A stretch of 24,363 bases of DNA from contig JBEKHC010000081.1 of the NCBI GenBank assembly GCA_050012475.1, positions 1 through 24,363 of the forward strand. Reading direction: 5' to 3'. Each line of letters begins with the position of its first letter. The first letter of the stretch is position 1. Source of the stretch: Candidatus Velthaea sp. GTDB taxonomy: Bacteria > Vulcanimicrobiota > Vulcanimicrobiia > Vulcanimicrobiales > Vulcanimicrobiaceae. Shown in pieces: positions 8,597 to 17,039 of the stretch. Below the pieces are notes generated by a model. It saw only the letters and a list, made by a program, of their open reading frames with translations. It had not been told where the DNA came from and searched no databases. Both the position numbers and the translations under genes were made by a program.

Positions 8597-8683
8597 CTGT
8601 GCAACTGCGGGAACCCCCCGCGCGTCTTACCGAATACTGGAGTCCCGCCTCGCCCGCGAGGCACGCGCCCTACGGAGTGAAAC

Positions 8684-9082
8684 GTGGCCCATTTCGATAA
8701 AAATCTGACCGTTGAGAACGCGTTCAAGACGCACGCCGGCGCCCGGCGCGTCTTTGCCAAATTTCATCTCGGCGGCTGCTCGAACTGCTCGATCAGCGAG
8801 ACGGAAACCATCGAGCAAGTGAGCGAGGGCTATGGTATCCCGCTCGACATGCTCATGGCCGAGCTCGAAAAACTCTTCGACGCGCCAGCGCTCGCGGTCG
8901 GCGATGCGGTTCGGCTCCCCGATGAGATTCGCTCGAAAATTCCGCAACTGGCGAGCGTGCCGGAGATCGGGCGCGTGACCGAAACGACGGCCGGCGCATA
9001 CGTCGTAGAGTTCGGCGAGGTGCGCCTTCAGGGGCTGGCCGAAGATTTCATCAAGGCCGAACCCTCCGCAACCCCGGCCTAA
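8684..9082 (+). CDS. DUF1858-like (CxxC redox/disulfide) domain fused to a small SH3-like beta domain
   Basis: VFAKFHLGGCSNCSISETETIEQV..YGIPLD.LMAEL, then LAVGDAVRL...IGRV...YVVEFG. GTG follows GGAG. Confidence 0.7.
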   Translation: MAHFDKNLTVENAFKTHAGARRVFAKFHLGGCSNCSISETETIEQVSEGYGIPLDMLMAELEKLFDAPALAVGDAVRLPDEIRSKIPQLASVPEIGRVTETTAGAYVVEFGEVRLQGLAEDFIKAEPSATPA

Positions 9083-9094
9083 AGGCGAAGCGGC

Positions 9095-9386
9095 CAGGGA
9101 GGCTCGGATTTCGTCCTGGGCTAGAAGCCTAGGGCGAACTTTGCGTTAGGAAATGAGCCGCGTAACCGGGACGCCCGGCGAGACTGCGAGGGATGCACAG
9201 ATTTCGTCCTGGGCGAGAAGCCTAGGGCGAGCTTTGCGTCAGGAAATGAGCCGCGTAACGACGACGCCCGGCGAGACTGCGAGGGATGCACAGATTTCGT
9301 CCTGGGCGAGGAGCCTAGCGGCGAAGTTTGCTTGAGCAAATGAGCCGCGTAGCGACGACGCCCAGGGCGAAATCTGTGCATCCCTC
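9095..9386. repeat. Three tandem ~93-bp REP/REPIN/MITE-like hairpin repeats; the last copy has 28-bp inverted arms
   Basis: GATTTCGTCCTGGG recurs at 9107, 9200 and 9293 (period 93). 9281-9308 pairs with 9359-9386 (27/28). Confidence 0.9.
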
Positions 9387-9771
9387 AGATTTCGTCGAGC
9401 GGGCGGCGCTGGCTAAACCCCTCGTCGGTTCCGTGCCAGTGGCCCAGCGTCGTCTCGCCGGCCTTCCAGCACAGGTAGATGGGCCGGCCGTCGCGTAGCG
9501 CCGGAAAATCGAGCAAGCCCAAATCGATGCTCTTGACCACGCAGCCGTAGGCCTCGATGCGATTGATGAGCCGCACAATTTCGGCCTTGAGTTCGGTGAA
9601 GCGCCGCGCCGAACGACGGTCGTGAAGGCGCTCGGGACGCGTTCCGCGCACCGCCGGATCGAATTCGAGCAGCTTGATTGCAAGCTCGCGCCGCTTCAAC
9701 CACAGCTCTTCGAGCAGCGGTGAGAGGACGGGGATGAGGGCGTTCGCTTTTTCAGGCGAGAAGAGTTTCAT
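9385..9771 (-). CDS. DUF2203 family protein
   Basis: FSPEKANALIP, GCVVKSIDLGLLDFP, IYLCWKAGE and WHGTDEGFSQRRP. Confidence 0.85.
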   Translation of the reverse strand: MKLFSPEKANALIPVLSPLLEELWLKRRELAIKLLEFDPAVRGTRPERLHDRRSARRFTELKAEIVRLINRIEAYGCVVKSIDLGLLDFPALRDGRPIYLCWKAGETTLGHWHGTDEGFSQRRPLDEI

Positions 9772-9772
9772 A

Positions 9773-10624
9773 ATGCGGCGTCTTGTCATCGTAACTGGGC
9801 TGTCAGGCGCCGGCAAGAGCCAGGCGCTGAAATCGTTCGAAGATTTGGGCTTTGCCTGCCTGGACAATCTTCCGCCCGTGCTGTCGCCGCAATTCGTCGC
9901 GCTCGTCAAACGCGCCGAACTCGAACGCGCCGCGATCGCTCTCGACGTCCGGACCCTGGGACCTTTCGGCGACGCGATCGCAGCGATCGACGAACTCTGG
10001 TCCAACGGCGACAAGCCCGAGCTGCTGTTCCTCGACGCCGACGACGCAACGCTCGTGCGCCGCTACAGCGAAACCCGGCGCCGGCACCCGTTGGGCGAAC
10101 AAAGCATGCATCTTACCGATGCCATCACCGCCGAACGCGAAGCGCTCGCGCCGCTGCGCGATCGGGCCGACCACGTTTGGGACACCTCGCGTTTGACGCA
10201 TGGTATGCTCAAAGAACGCATCGAAGCGACGTTCACGAGCGGCGTGAAACACATGCAGATCGCCATCATCGCGTTCGGCTTCAAATACGGCGTTCCGCTG
10301 GACTGCGACCTAATGTTCGACGTGCGGTTTCTTCCCAATCCGAACTACGTGCCGGTCCTCAAACCGTTGACCGGAAACGACGCGCCGGTCGCGGCCTTTC
10401 TCGAAGTGCTGCCCCAAACCGAAGAGTTTCTGGGCCATCTGCTGCCGATGGTCGACTTTTTGCTGCCGCAATTCCGGCACGAAGGGAAGTCGCAATTGAC
10501 GATCGGCATCGGCTGCACGGGCGGCCGGCATCGCTCGGTGTACCTCGCACGGCGCCTCGAAAAACATCTGTTGGCCGCCAACGAAGCCGCGGTGACGGTC
10601 GAAGAGCGGGATTCGGGTCGATGA
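9773..10624 (+). CDS. rapZ: RNase adapter RapZ (YvcJ/YhbJ, P-loop nucleotide-binding)
   Basis: VTGLSGAGKS, DNLP, RRYSETRRRHP, FGFKYG, FDVRFLPNP and IGCTGGRHRSV. Confidence 0.95.
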   Translation: MRRLVIVTGLSGAGKSQALKSFEDLGFACLDNLPPVLSPQFVALVKRAELERAAIALDVRTLGPFGDAIAAIDELWSNGDKPELLFLDADDATLVRRYSETRRRHPLGEQSMHLTDAITAEREALAPLRDRADHVWDTSRLTHGMLKERIEATFTSGVKHMQIAIIAFGFKYGVPLDCDLMFDVRFLPNPNYVPVLKPLTGNDAPVAAFLEVLPQTEEFLGHLLPMVDFLLPQFRHEGKSQLTIGIGCTGGRHRSVYLARRLEKHLLAANEAAVTVEERDSGR

Positions 10625-11973
10625 AAGCGCCCAAGACCGTTCAGCGCTCGATCGATCTCATCCGCTGGCTCCTGCCGGGGTTGGGTGTCAAACGCTGGCT
10701 CATCGTCGCACTCGTCGGCGCGATCATCCTGGTCAACGGCGTCTCGCGCTGGCTCACCGAGGAAGGCTCCAACTTCCAAATCAACGAGTTCGTCGACAGC
10801 ATCGCGAGCGATTTCGTCAATCCGGGCTATCTCTCGTACATCTTCATGGCGCTGGGCGTCATCTTGGTCGCGCTGGGAATTTGGCGTTGGCTGAACTCGA
10901 TCGTGAGCGCGATGATCCCCTTCGGCAAAGAACGCATGATCGACGCGCTCTATGCGACGCGGCTCAAGAGCGGCTACAAGATCGTGACCATCGGCGGCGG
11001 CACCGGTTTGTCGACGATGCTGCGCGGCCTCAAGCGCCACACCTCCAATCTCACCGCGGTCGTAACGGTCAGCGACGACGGCGGCAGTTCGGGACGTCTG
11101 CAAAAGGAACTCGGCGTGCTCCCCCCCGGCGATATTCGCAACTGTCTGGTCGCTCTCGCTGACGACGAAGCGCTGGTCACCGATCTCTTCCGCTACCGCT
11201 TCTCCGAAGGCGAAGGCCTCACCGGACACTCGTTCGGGAATCTCTTTCTCGCGGCGATGACCGGCATCACCGGCAACTTCGATGAAGCGATCAAAGTCTC
11301 GAGCCGCGTGCTCAACATCAAAGGGCGCGTGCTGCCCGCGACGCTCGCGATGTCGCGGCTCTGCGCGACGCTCGTCGACGGCACGGTCATCGAAGGCGAA
11401 TCCAACATTTCACACTCGACCAAACCAATCGCCGACGTCTATCTCGATCCGCCCTTCGCTGCGCCGCTGGCCGAGGTCATCGAAGCGATCCGCGATGCCG
11501 ACGCAATCGTTTTGGGGCCGGGGTCGCTCTACACCTCGATCATGCCGAACCTGCTCGTCGATCGGATCGCGCGTGAAGTCGAGGCGGCCAACGGCGTACG
11601 GATTTACGTCTGCAACGTGATGACGCAGCCCGGTGAGACCGACAGCTTCACCGCGTCGGCCCACGTGCGAACGTTGCTCGAGCGGGCGAACGCGCGTGTC
11701 TGCGATGTCGTCGTGGTCAACGATCAGCTCCCGCACAAGCTGCGCGACGCCTACGCCGAAGAAGGCCAGCTGCCGGTCGAGGCCGACACGGCCGCGATCG
11801 AACAGCTCGGCGTGCGGGTCGTGCGCGCCGCGGTCATCAGCGAAACCCAAAACGTGCGCCACGATTCCGACAAGCTCGCCGCCGTTGTCATCGGCATCAT
11901 CGACGAAGCGGTCGCCGCGCGCGCATCGTTCGTAAAATTCCGCTCCACGCCCTCGGGCGCGCCAGCAACCTGA
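10621..11973 (+). CDS. yvcK: YvcK/GlmR (UDP-GlcNAc-binding, gluconeogenesis factor) with N-terminal transmembrane extension
   Basis: IGGGTGLS, DDGGSSGRL, PPGDIRNCL, GPGSLYTS, NVMTQPGET and RHD. ATGA overlap with rapZ. Confidence 0.93.
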   Translation: MKAPKTVQRSIDLIRWLLPGLGVKRWLIVALVGAIILVNGVSRWLTEEGSNFQINEFVDSIASDFVNPGYLSYIFMALGVILVALGIWRWLNSIVSAMIPFGKERMIDALYATRLKSGYKIVTIGGGTGLSTMLRGLKRHTSNLTAVVTVSDDGGSSGRLQKELGVLPPGDIRNCLVALADDEALVTDLFRYRFSEGEGLTGHSFGNLFLAAMTGITGNFDEAIKVSSRVLNIKGRVLPATLAMSRLCATLVDGTVIEGESNISHSTKPIADVYLDPPFAAPLAEVIEAIRDADAIVLGPGSLYTSIMPNLLVDRIAREVEAANGVRIYVCNVMTQPGETDSFTASAHVRTLLERANARVCDVVVVNDQLPHKLRDAYAEEGQLPVEADTAAIEQLGVRVVRAAVISETQNVRHDSDKLAAVVIGIIDEAVAARASFVKFRSTPSGAPAT

Positions 11974-11984
11974 AGCGTCGCGAC

Positions 11985-13124
11985 CTAAAGCGTGGCGATC
12001 CGGGCGAAGCGCGCGGCGGCGGCGCGCACGAGTTCCGGTGCGCGCGCCATTGCGTCGGCAAGCGCGAGCGGCCCATCGGCTACCGGCAGACACACCACGC
12101 CCGCGGCAGCCAATGCACTTTCGGCTTCCGGCGCGACGCTGCCGCCGAACGCGACGACGGGGATGTTGAGCGGCCGGGCCAAGGCGGCAACGCCCGCGAC
12201 GACTTTCCCGCGCAGCGTCTGAGCGTCGATGCGACCCTCGCCGGTGATGCACAGCGTCGCCGTCGCGAGCGCAGCGTCCAGCCCGCGCACGTCGGCGATG
12301 AGCCCGAAACCGGGCGCCAGCCGTGCGCCGGCAAACGTAGCGAAGCCCCAGCCCAGCCCGCCGGCGGCACCCGAACCCGGCAGCGCGCGCAGGTCGGGCC
12401 GTCCGGCCCGGACCGCCGCATCGGCAATCCGGCCCAGGACGCCGTCAAGCGCCGCCACGTCCGCGGTGGAGGCGCCTTTCTGCGGTCCGTAGACGGCTGC
12501 CGCCCCGGCGGTGCCCAGGAGCGGATTGTCGACATCGCAGGCGACGGCGATGGGCGTGGCTGCGAGCCGCGCGTCAAGTGCGGTCACATCGATGCGCGCA
12601 AGCCGGGTCAGGTCACGGGGCACCGGGGCGAGTTCGCTGCCGGCGTCATCGAGAAAGCGCGCGCCGAGCGCGGCGAGGGCACCCGCGCCGCCATCGGTCG
12701 TCGCGCTGCCGCCGATCCCGAGAACGATGCGCCGGGCGCCGCGGTCGAGCGCATCGCGCATGAGTTCGCCGGTCCCGAAGGTCGTCGCGCTTAACGCATC
12801 GCGCCGCTCGCCGGCCAGGGCCAACCCCGACGCTGCGGCCATCTCGATGATCGCCGTTTCGCCGTTGCGAGCATACGTCGCCTCGACGGACTCGCCCAGC
12901 GGTCCGCGAACGCGCACGGTTCGGGCAATCGCGCCGGTCGCCAAGAATGCATCGACCGTGCCGTCGCCGCCGTCGGCCATCGGCACGCTAACGTACGTCG
13001 GCGCGTCGCCCCAGACATCGCGCATTCCGGCGATGAGCGCTGCCCCGATCGTCGCCGCGCCGGCGCTGCCCTTGAACTTATCCGGTGCGACGACGACCCG
13101 CGTCGCATGCAGTGCGGTCTTTAT
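11985..13124 (-). CDS. glxK: Glycerate kinase (GlxK/GarK family); no canonical start codon before the conserved N-terminus
   Basis: RVVVAPDKFKGS (upstream of the called ATG 13025), PMADGGDGT, GIGGSATTDGG, CDVDNPL, YGPQKGA and TGEGRIDAQT. An ATA start at 13124 gives 379 aa. Confidence 0.9.
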   Translation of the reverse strand: MKTALHATRVVVAPDKFKGSAGAATIGAALIAGMRDVWGDAPTYVSVPMADGGDGTVDAFLATGAIARTVRVRGPLGESVEATYARNGETAIIEMAAASGLALAGERRDALSATTFGTGELMRDALDRGARRIVLGIGGSATTDGGAGALAALGARFLDDAGSELAPVPRDLTRLARIDVTALDARLAATPIAVACDVDNPLLGTAGAAAVYGPQKGASTADVAALDGVLGRIADAAVRAGRPDLRALPGSGAAGGLGWGFATFAGARLAPGFGLIADVRGLDAALATATLCITGEGRIDAQTLRGKVVAGVAALARPLNIPVVAFGGSVAPEAESALAAAGVVCLPVADGPLALADAMARAPELVRAAAARFARIATL

Positions 13125-13462
13125 GCGTTTTTCTTCAGCGCGATATCGAGCTTGAGCGTTTCGCCTTTTTGCGGCGAGATGCTGTACTGCGACTGCACCG
13201 CGGTGTAGCCGGCCGGCGCCGTAATCTGCACTTCATTCGGACCGATCGGAAAATTCGGAATCTTGTAGGTGCCGTCGGCTGCGGAGGTGCTCGTCAGAAT
13301 GACCGATCCGGTGACGACCGCACCCGGAACCGGTTGGTTCGTCGCAGCGTCATACACGCGGCCGGTGACGGTTGCGTAATTCTGGGCCGGCGGAATCGCC
13401 GGGCCGCCGCAGCCGGCAAGCCCAGCGATGATGGCTAGGAGAGCGAAGCGAGCGCGTGTCAT
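13121..13462 (-). CDS. Lipoprotein with carboxypeptidase regulatory-like domain
   Basis: Lipobox LAGC; VTGRVYDAATNQPVPGAVV, DGTY and ITAPAGY. Confidence 0.8.
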   Translation of the reverse strand: MTRARFALLAIIAGLAGCGGPAIPPAQNYATVTGRVYDAATNQPVPGAVVTGSVILTSTSAADGTYKIPNFPIGPNEVQITAPAGYTAVQSQYSISPQKGETLKLDIALKKNA

Positions 13463-13479
13463 GGCACGCGGGCTTCTCG

Positions 13480-13833
13480 CTAAGCGACCGCCACGCCCTC
13501 TTCGGCGTCTTGCCGATCCATGTTACTGCTCTTCTCCTCGAGCAGCCACCGATTGGCTCCCTCGCGCTTGGCGTCCGAGACCCGCGCCTTCAGCCACGCC
13601 GCGATGGCTTCGTCGGTCGTACACGTTTCGAGCGCTGCCTCGAAAGCCCGCGCCGTGACGCCCCAGCGATCGAAAACGCCGCGATCCATGGGACACGGAT
13701 AAATGTAATCGTGAATAGTGCCGTTACGCGCTGCGCGCGCCTTGTCGTACACGCGCGCAAGCCAGAGAAATCCCGCGATGTTCTCGCGTCCGCGACGCGG
13801 AAAGTCGTGCCCGCTGCGAAAGTCCGTTGCCAC
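13480..13833 (-). CDS. DUF5069 family protein
   Basis: PR....AG..WLARVYDKARA..NGTIHDYIYPCPMD. GTG follows AAGGAG. Confidence 0.75.
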   Translation of the reverse strand: MATDFRSGHDFPRRGRENIAGFLWLARVYDKARAARNGTIHDYIYPCPMDRGVFDRWGVTARAFEAALETCTTDEAIAAWLKARVSDAKREGANRWLLEEKSSNMDRQDAEEGVAVA

Positions 13834-13924
13834 CTGGTGCTCCTTCTTGCCTGGGCGCCTCGTGCGGCGCCGCTAATCATTGGACGCAGGCAGCGTTCCC
13901 GCAGTTGCGGAACCGCGAAACCTC

Positions 13925-15319
13925 ATGATTACGACGCCCGCGAACACGGGACACCCGGTCTATTTCCAGGATGCCCTCGAAGCCGTCGGCCGCACGCCGC
14001 TGATCCGGCTCAACAAGGTCGTCGACGGTGCGCCGTGTCTGGTTCTCGCGAAGGTCGAGTACGTCAATCCCGGCGGGAGCGTCAAGGACCGCCCGGCCGT
14101 CGAGATGATTCGCGACGCCGAGACCAGGGGTCTGCTCCGCCCCGGCGCGACGATCATCGAAGCGACCAGCGGCAACACCGGGACGGGCCTGGCGATGGCG
14201 GCGGCGATCCGCGGTTACCGCTGCATCCTCGTCATGCCCGACAAAATGTCGAAAGAAAAGATCGATCTGCTCAAAGCGTACGGCGCCGAAGTCGTCGTCA
14301 CGCCCACGAACGTCGCCAACGAATCACCCGAGTCGTACTATAGCGTCGCCAACCGGCTCACCGCTGAAATCCCCGGCGCATTTCAGCCCGATCAGTGGCA
14401 CAACACCAATAATCCCGACGCGCATTACCGCACGACCGGACCGGAGATTTGGGAACAGACCGGCGGCGCGATCACCCATTTCGTGAGCGGCATGGGAACG
14501 GGCGGTACGATCTCGGGAACCGCGCGTTTTCTCAAAGAAAAAAATCCGGCCATCCACGTGGTCGGCGCTGATCCCGAGGGCTCGATCTACTCCGGCGACA
14601 CGCCCAAGTCGTATAAAGTCGAGGGGATCGGCATGAGCTATCTGCCGCAGACCGTCGACATGCGGGTGATCGATCAGATTTTTCGCATCTCCGATCGGGA
14701 AAGTTTTCTGATGGCGCGGCGAGTGGCGCGCGAGGAAGGGCTGCTCGTCGGCGGATCGTCGGGGACCGCCGTCGCGGCGGCAATGCGCGTCGCGGGCAAC
14801 TTGCCGGCAAGCGCGGTGCTCGTCGTCATCATGCCCGATTCCGGCCGCGGATACATGTCGAAGATCTTCAACGACGAATGGATGGTCGCCAACGGATACA
14901 TGGGCGACGACAAACGCAAAGACACCGTGGGCGACGTGCTGCGCTCCAAACAGCCGCTGCCCCCGATGATCACGGTAACCGAGACCGCCGCCGTGCGCGA
15001 AGCGCTCGACCTGCTGCGTAAGTTCCAAATTTCCCAGTTGCCGGTGACGCGCGGGAGCGAGGTCGTCGGCGCGATCAACGACGTCGGCGTGATGCAAGCC
15101 GTTTTCGACCATGCCGATCTGCTGCACAAGCCGGTCAGTGAAGTGATGGCCCGACCATTTCCGATGCTCGAAACCGACGTCGAAGTCGACCGCGCGTACA
15201 AACTGCTCACGCTCTCGAACGCAGCAATCGTTGCGACCGAGGGCGGGAAACCTGTTGGCGTGCTCACCCGTCAAGACATCATCACCTTCTTGTCGGCATC
15301 GAGCGCCAACGCGACGTAA
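13925..15319 (+). CDS. cbs: Cystathionine beta-synthase with C-terminal CBS domain pair
   Basis: GRTPL, NPGGSVKDR (PLP Lys), EATSGNTG, GMGTGGT, VEGIG and PDSGRGYMSK, followed by two CBS domains. Confidence 0.92.
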   Translation: MITTPANTGHPVYFQDALEAVGRTPLIRLNKVVDGAPCLVLAKVEYVNPGGSVKDRPAVEMIRDAETRGLLRPGATIIEATSGNTGTGLAMAAAIRGYRCILVMPDKMSKEKIDLLKAYGAEVVVTPTNVANESPESYYSVANRLTAEIPGAFQPDQWHNTNNPDAHYRTTGPEIWEQTGGAITHFVSGMGTGGTISGTARFLKEKNPAIHVVGADPEGSIYSGDTPKSYKVEGIGMSYLPQTVDMRVIDQIFRISDRESFLMARRVAREEGLLVGGSSGTAVAAAMRVAGNLPASAVLVVIMPDSGRGYMSKIFNDEWMVANGYMGDDKRKDTVGDVLRSKQPLPPMITVTETAAVREALDLLRKFQISQLPVTRGSEVVGAINDVGVMQAVFDHADLLHKPVSEVMARPFPMLETDVEVDRAYKLLTLSNAAIVATEGGKPVGVLTRQDIITFLSASSANAT

Positions 15320-15321
15320 CA

Positions 15322-15344
15322 AGATTGGGGTCTTCGCCCAATCT
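15322..15344 (+). other. 8-bp hairpin immediately after the cbs stop (no U-tract)
   Basis: AGATTGGG-GTCTTCG-CCCAATCT. Confidence 0.5.
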
Positions 15345-15347
15345 CCA

Positions 15348-15464
15348 TGGCGTTCGACCCGACTGGCCCAAGCCGCGCGTGGCGTTTGCGCTGCGTGCAA
15401 GCCGCATGGCGTTTGGCGCTGCGCGCCAAGCCGCGCCCGGCGTCTGCGCCGCGCGCAAAGCCGC
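15348..15464. repeat. Four tandem 26-29-bp hairpin units YGGCGTY...AAGCCGC
   Basis: Units at 15348-15376, 15380-15405, 15407-15434 and 15438-15464. Confidence 0.75.
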
Positions 15465-15511
15465 GTGAGGCATTTTAAGGATTCGCACCAGGACCGCGAA
15501 ATGGGGGACTC

Positions 15512-15874
15512 ATGTTTGCGCTCGTCGTTCGATTCGATCTGCAGGCCGGGCAGGGTGCGGCGTTCGACGAACTCATGGCGCGCACGCTGCCGGCGATTCG
15601 CAGCGACGAACCCGGCACGCTAGTCTACGTCTGCTGCCGGATCGAAGGCGCGCCGGACGCGCGGCTGTTCATGGAAATCTATGCCGACCGGACCGCTTTC
15701 GAGCAGCACGAGCGAACACCGGCCACCGTACGCTTTCTGGACGAGCGAACCGGCCTGATCGCCGCCAGCCGCGTCGAGTTTCTCACCCCGTACATATTTA
15801 AGCTCGGCTGCTCCGAACCGGGGCCAACCGGGCTTCGCGCACAGAGCAGCGAAGGCGCAGACCATGGACTTTAG
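15512..15874 (+). CDS. Antibiotic biosynthesis monooxygenase (ABM)/putative quinol monooxygenase family protein
   Basis: MFALVVRF, IRSDEPGTLVY and FMEIYADRTAFEQH. Confidence 0.8.
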   Translation: MFALVVRFDLQAGQGAAFDELMARTLPAIRSDEPGTLVYVCCRIEGAPDARLFMEIYADRTAFEQHERTPATVRFLDERTGLIAASRVEFLTPYIFKLGCSEPGPTGLRAQSSEGADHGL

Positions 15875-17021
15875 CACGCGCGCGATTCACGCCGGACAAG
15901 CCGCCGATCCCACGACCGGAGCGACGATCGTCCCGGTGTACCAAACCTCCACCTTCACCCAACGCGGCATCGGCGAGAACCAAGGCTATGACTACAGCCG
16001 CACCGTGAACCCGACGCGCACGGCGCTTGAAACGCAATTGGCGGCGCTCGAAGATGCGCGCTACGCCTCGGCGTTTGCCAGCGGGATGGCGGCGACTTCG
16101 GCGGTGCTGAACCTGCTGTCCGCGGGCGATCATGTCGTCGTGTCCGATGATTTGTACGGCGGCACGTATCGGCTGTTCACCAAAGTGCTGGCGCGGTATG
16201 GCCTGACATTCAGCTTCGTCGACATGAGCGATCCGGCCGCGGTCACCGCTGCCGTTCGAGCCAACACGAAATTGTTATGGATCGAAACGCCGACGAACCC
16301 GCTGCTCAAACTCGTCGATATCGCAGCCATCGCTGCGCTCAAACCTGCCGGGACGATCGTCGCCGTCGACAACACGTTCGCTTCGCCGTACTTTCAGTCG
16401 CCGCTCGTCTTGGGTGCCGACGTCGTCGTCTACTCGACCACCAAATATATCGGCGGCCACAGCGACGTCGTCGGCGGCGCGGCGCTGACGAACGATGCGG
16501 CCGTCTTCGAGACCATTAAGTTTCATCAGAATGCGGTGGGCGGCGTGCCCGGCCCAATGGATGCCTGGCTTACCATGCGCGGCGCGAAAACGCTGGCTAT
16601 TCGGATGCGCGAACACGAAAAAAACGCGCTGGCCGTGGCGGCATTCCTCGAAGGGCGCGACGACGTGGCCCACGTCTACTATCCGGGCCTGGCCTCGCAT
16701 CCGCAGCACGAGTTGGCACGCCGGCAAATGCGTGGTTTCGGCGGCATGGTGTCGTTCACGCTGCGCGGCCCCGACGAGCGCGCGCGCGAATTGGTCAAGC
16801 TCACCAAGCTGTTCAGCTTAGCGGAGAGTTTGGGCGGCGTCGAGTCGCTCATCTCGATTCCGGCCAGCATGACCCACGGTTCGATCCCCGCAGCGCAGCG
16901 CCGGGAACGCGGCATTACCGACGGCTTGGTGCGCCTTTCGGTCGGAATCGAGGGCATCGACGATCTCATCGCCGATCTCACCCAAGCACTGGATGCAACG
17001 CTAACGTACGCAACGCTGTAA
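15864..17021 (+). CDS. Cystathionine gamma-lyase/gamma-synthase (Cys/Met metabolism PLP family)
   Basis: YDYSRTVNPTR, FASGMAA, IETPTNP, VDNTFASP, STTKYIGGHSD (PLP Lys), LAESLGGVESL and RLSVGIE. Linkage to cbs favours gamma-lyase. Confidence 0.9.
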   Translation: MDFSTRAIHAGQAADPTTGATIVPVYQTSTFTQRGIGENQGYDYSRTVNPTRTALETQLAALEDARYASAFASGMAATSAVLNLLSAGDHVVVSDDLYGGTYRLFTKVLARYGLTFSFVDMSDPAAVTAAVRANTKLLWIETPTNPLLKLVDIAAIAALKPAGTIVAVDNTFASPYFQSPLVLGADVVVYSTTKYIGGHSDVVGGAALTNDAAVFETIKFHQNAVGGVPGPMDAWLTMRGAKTLAIRMREHEKNALAVAAFLEGRDDVAHVYYPGLASHPQHELARRQMRGFGGMVSFTLRGPDERARELVKLTKLFSLAESLGGVESLISIPASMTHGSIPAAQRRERGITDGLVRLSVGIEGIDDLIADLTQALDATLTYATL

Positions 17022-17039
17022 TCGCCTGCGCGACGTCGG

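Noticed and set aside
9121..9381. 86-aa and 60-aa repeat-peptide ORFs
   Set aside because: By-product of the 93-bp (31-codon) DNA repeat; no protein-like features.
9095..9386. CRISPR array
   Set aside because: Whole 93-bp units repeat with no unique spacers, and no cas genes are present.
10177..10620. 598-aa version of yvcK
   Set aside because: The extension is an alternate frame of rapZ; the ATGA overlap at 10621 is the plausible start.
13834..13924. SAM riboswitch or T-box upstream of cbs
   Set aside because: Only ~90 bp shared with a divergent gene; no SAM-I or T-box signature is visible.
15348..15464. Mini-CRISPR or integron attC array
   Set aside because: Gaps between units are 1-3 nt, so there are no spacers or cassettes; no GTTRRRY cores or integrase.
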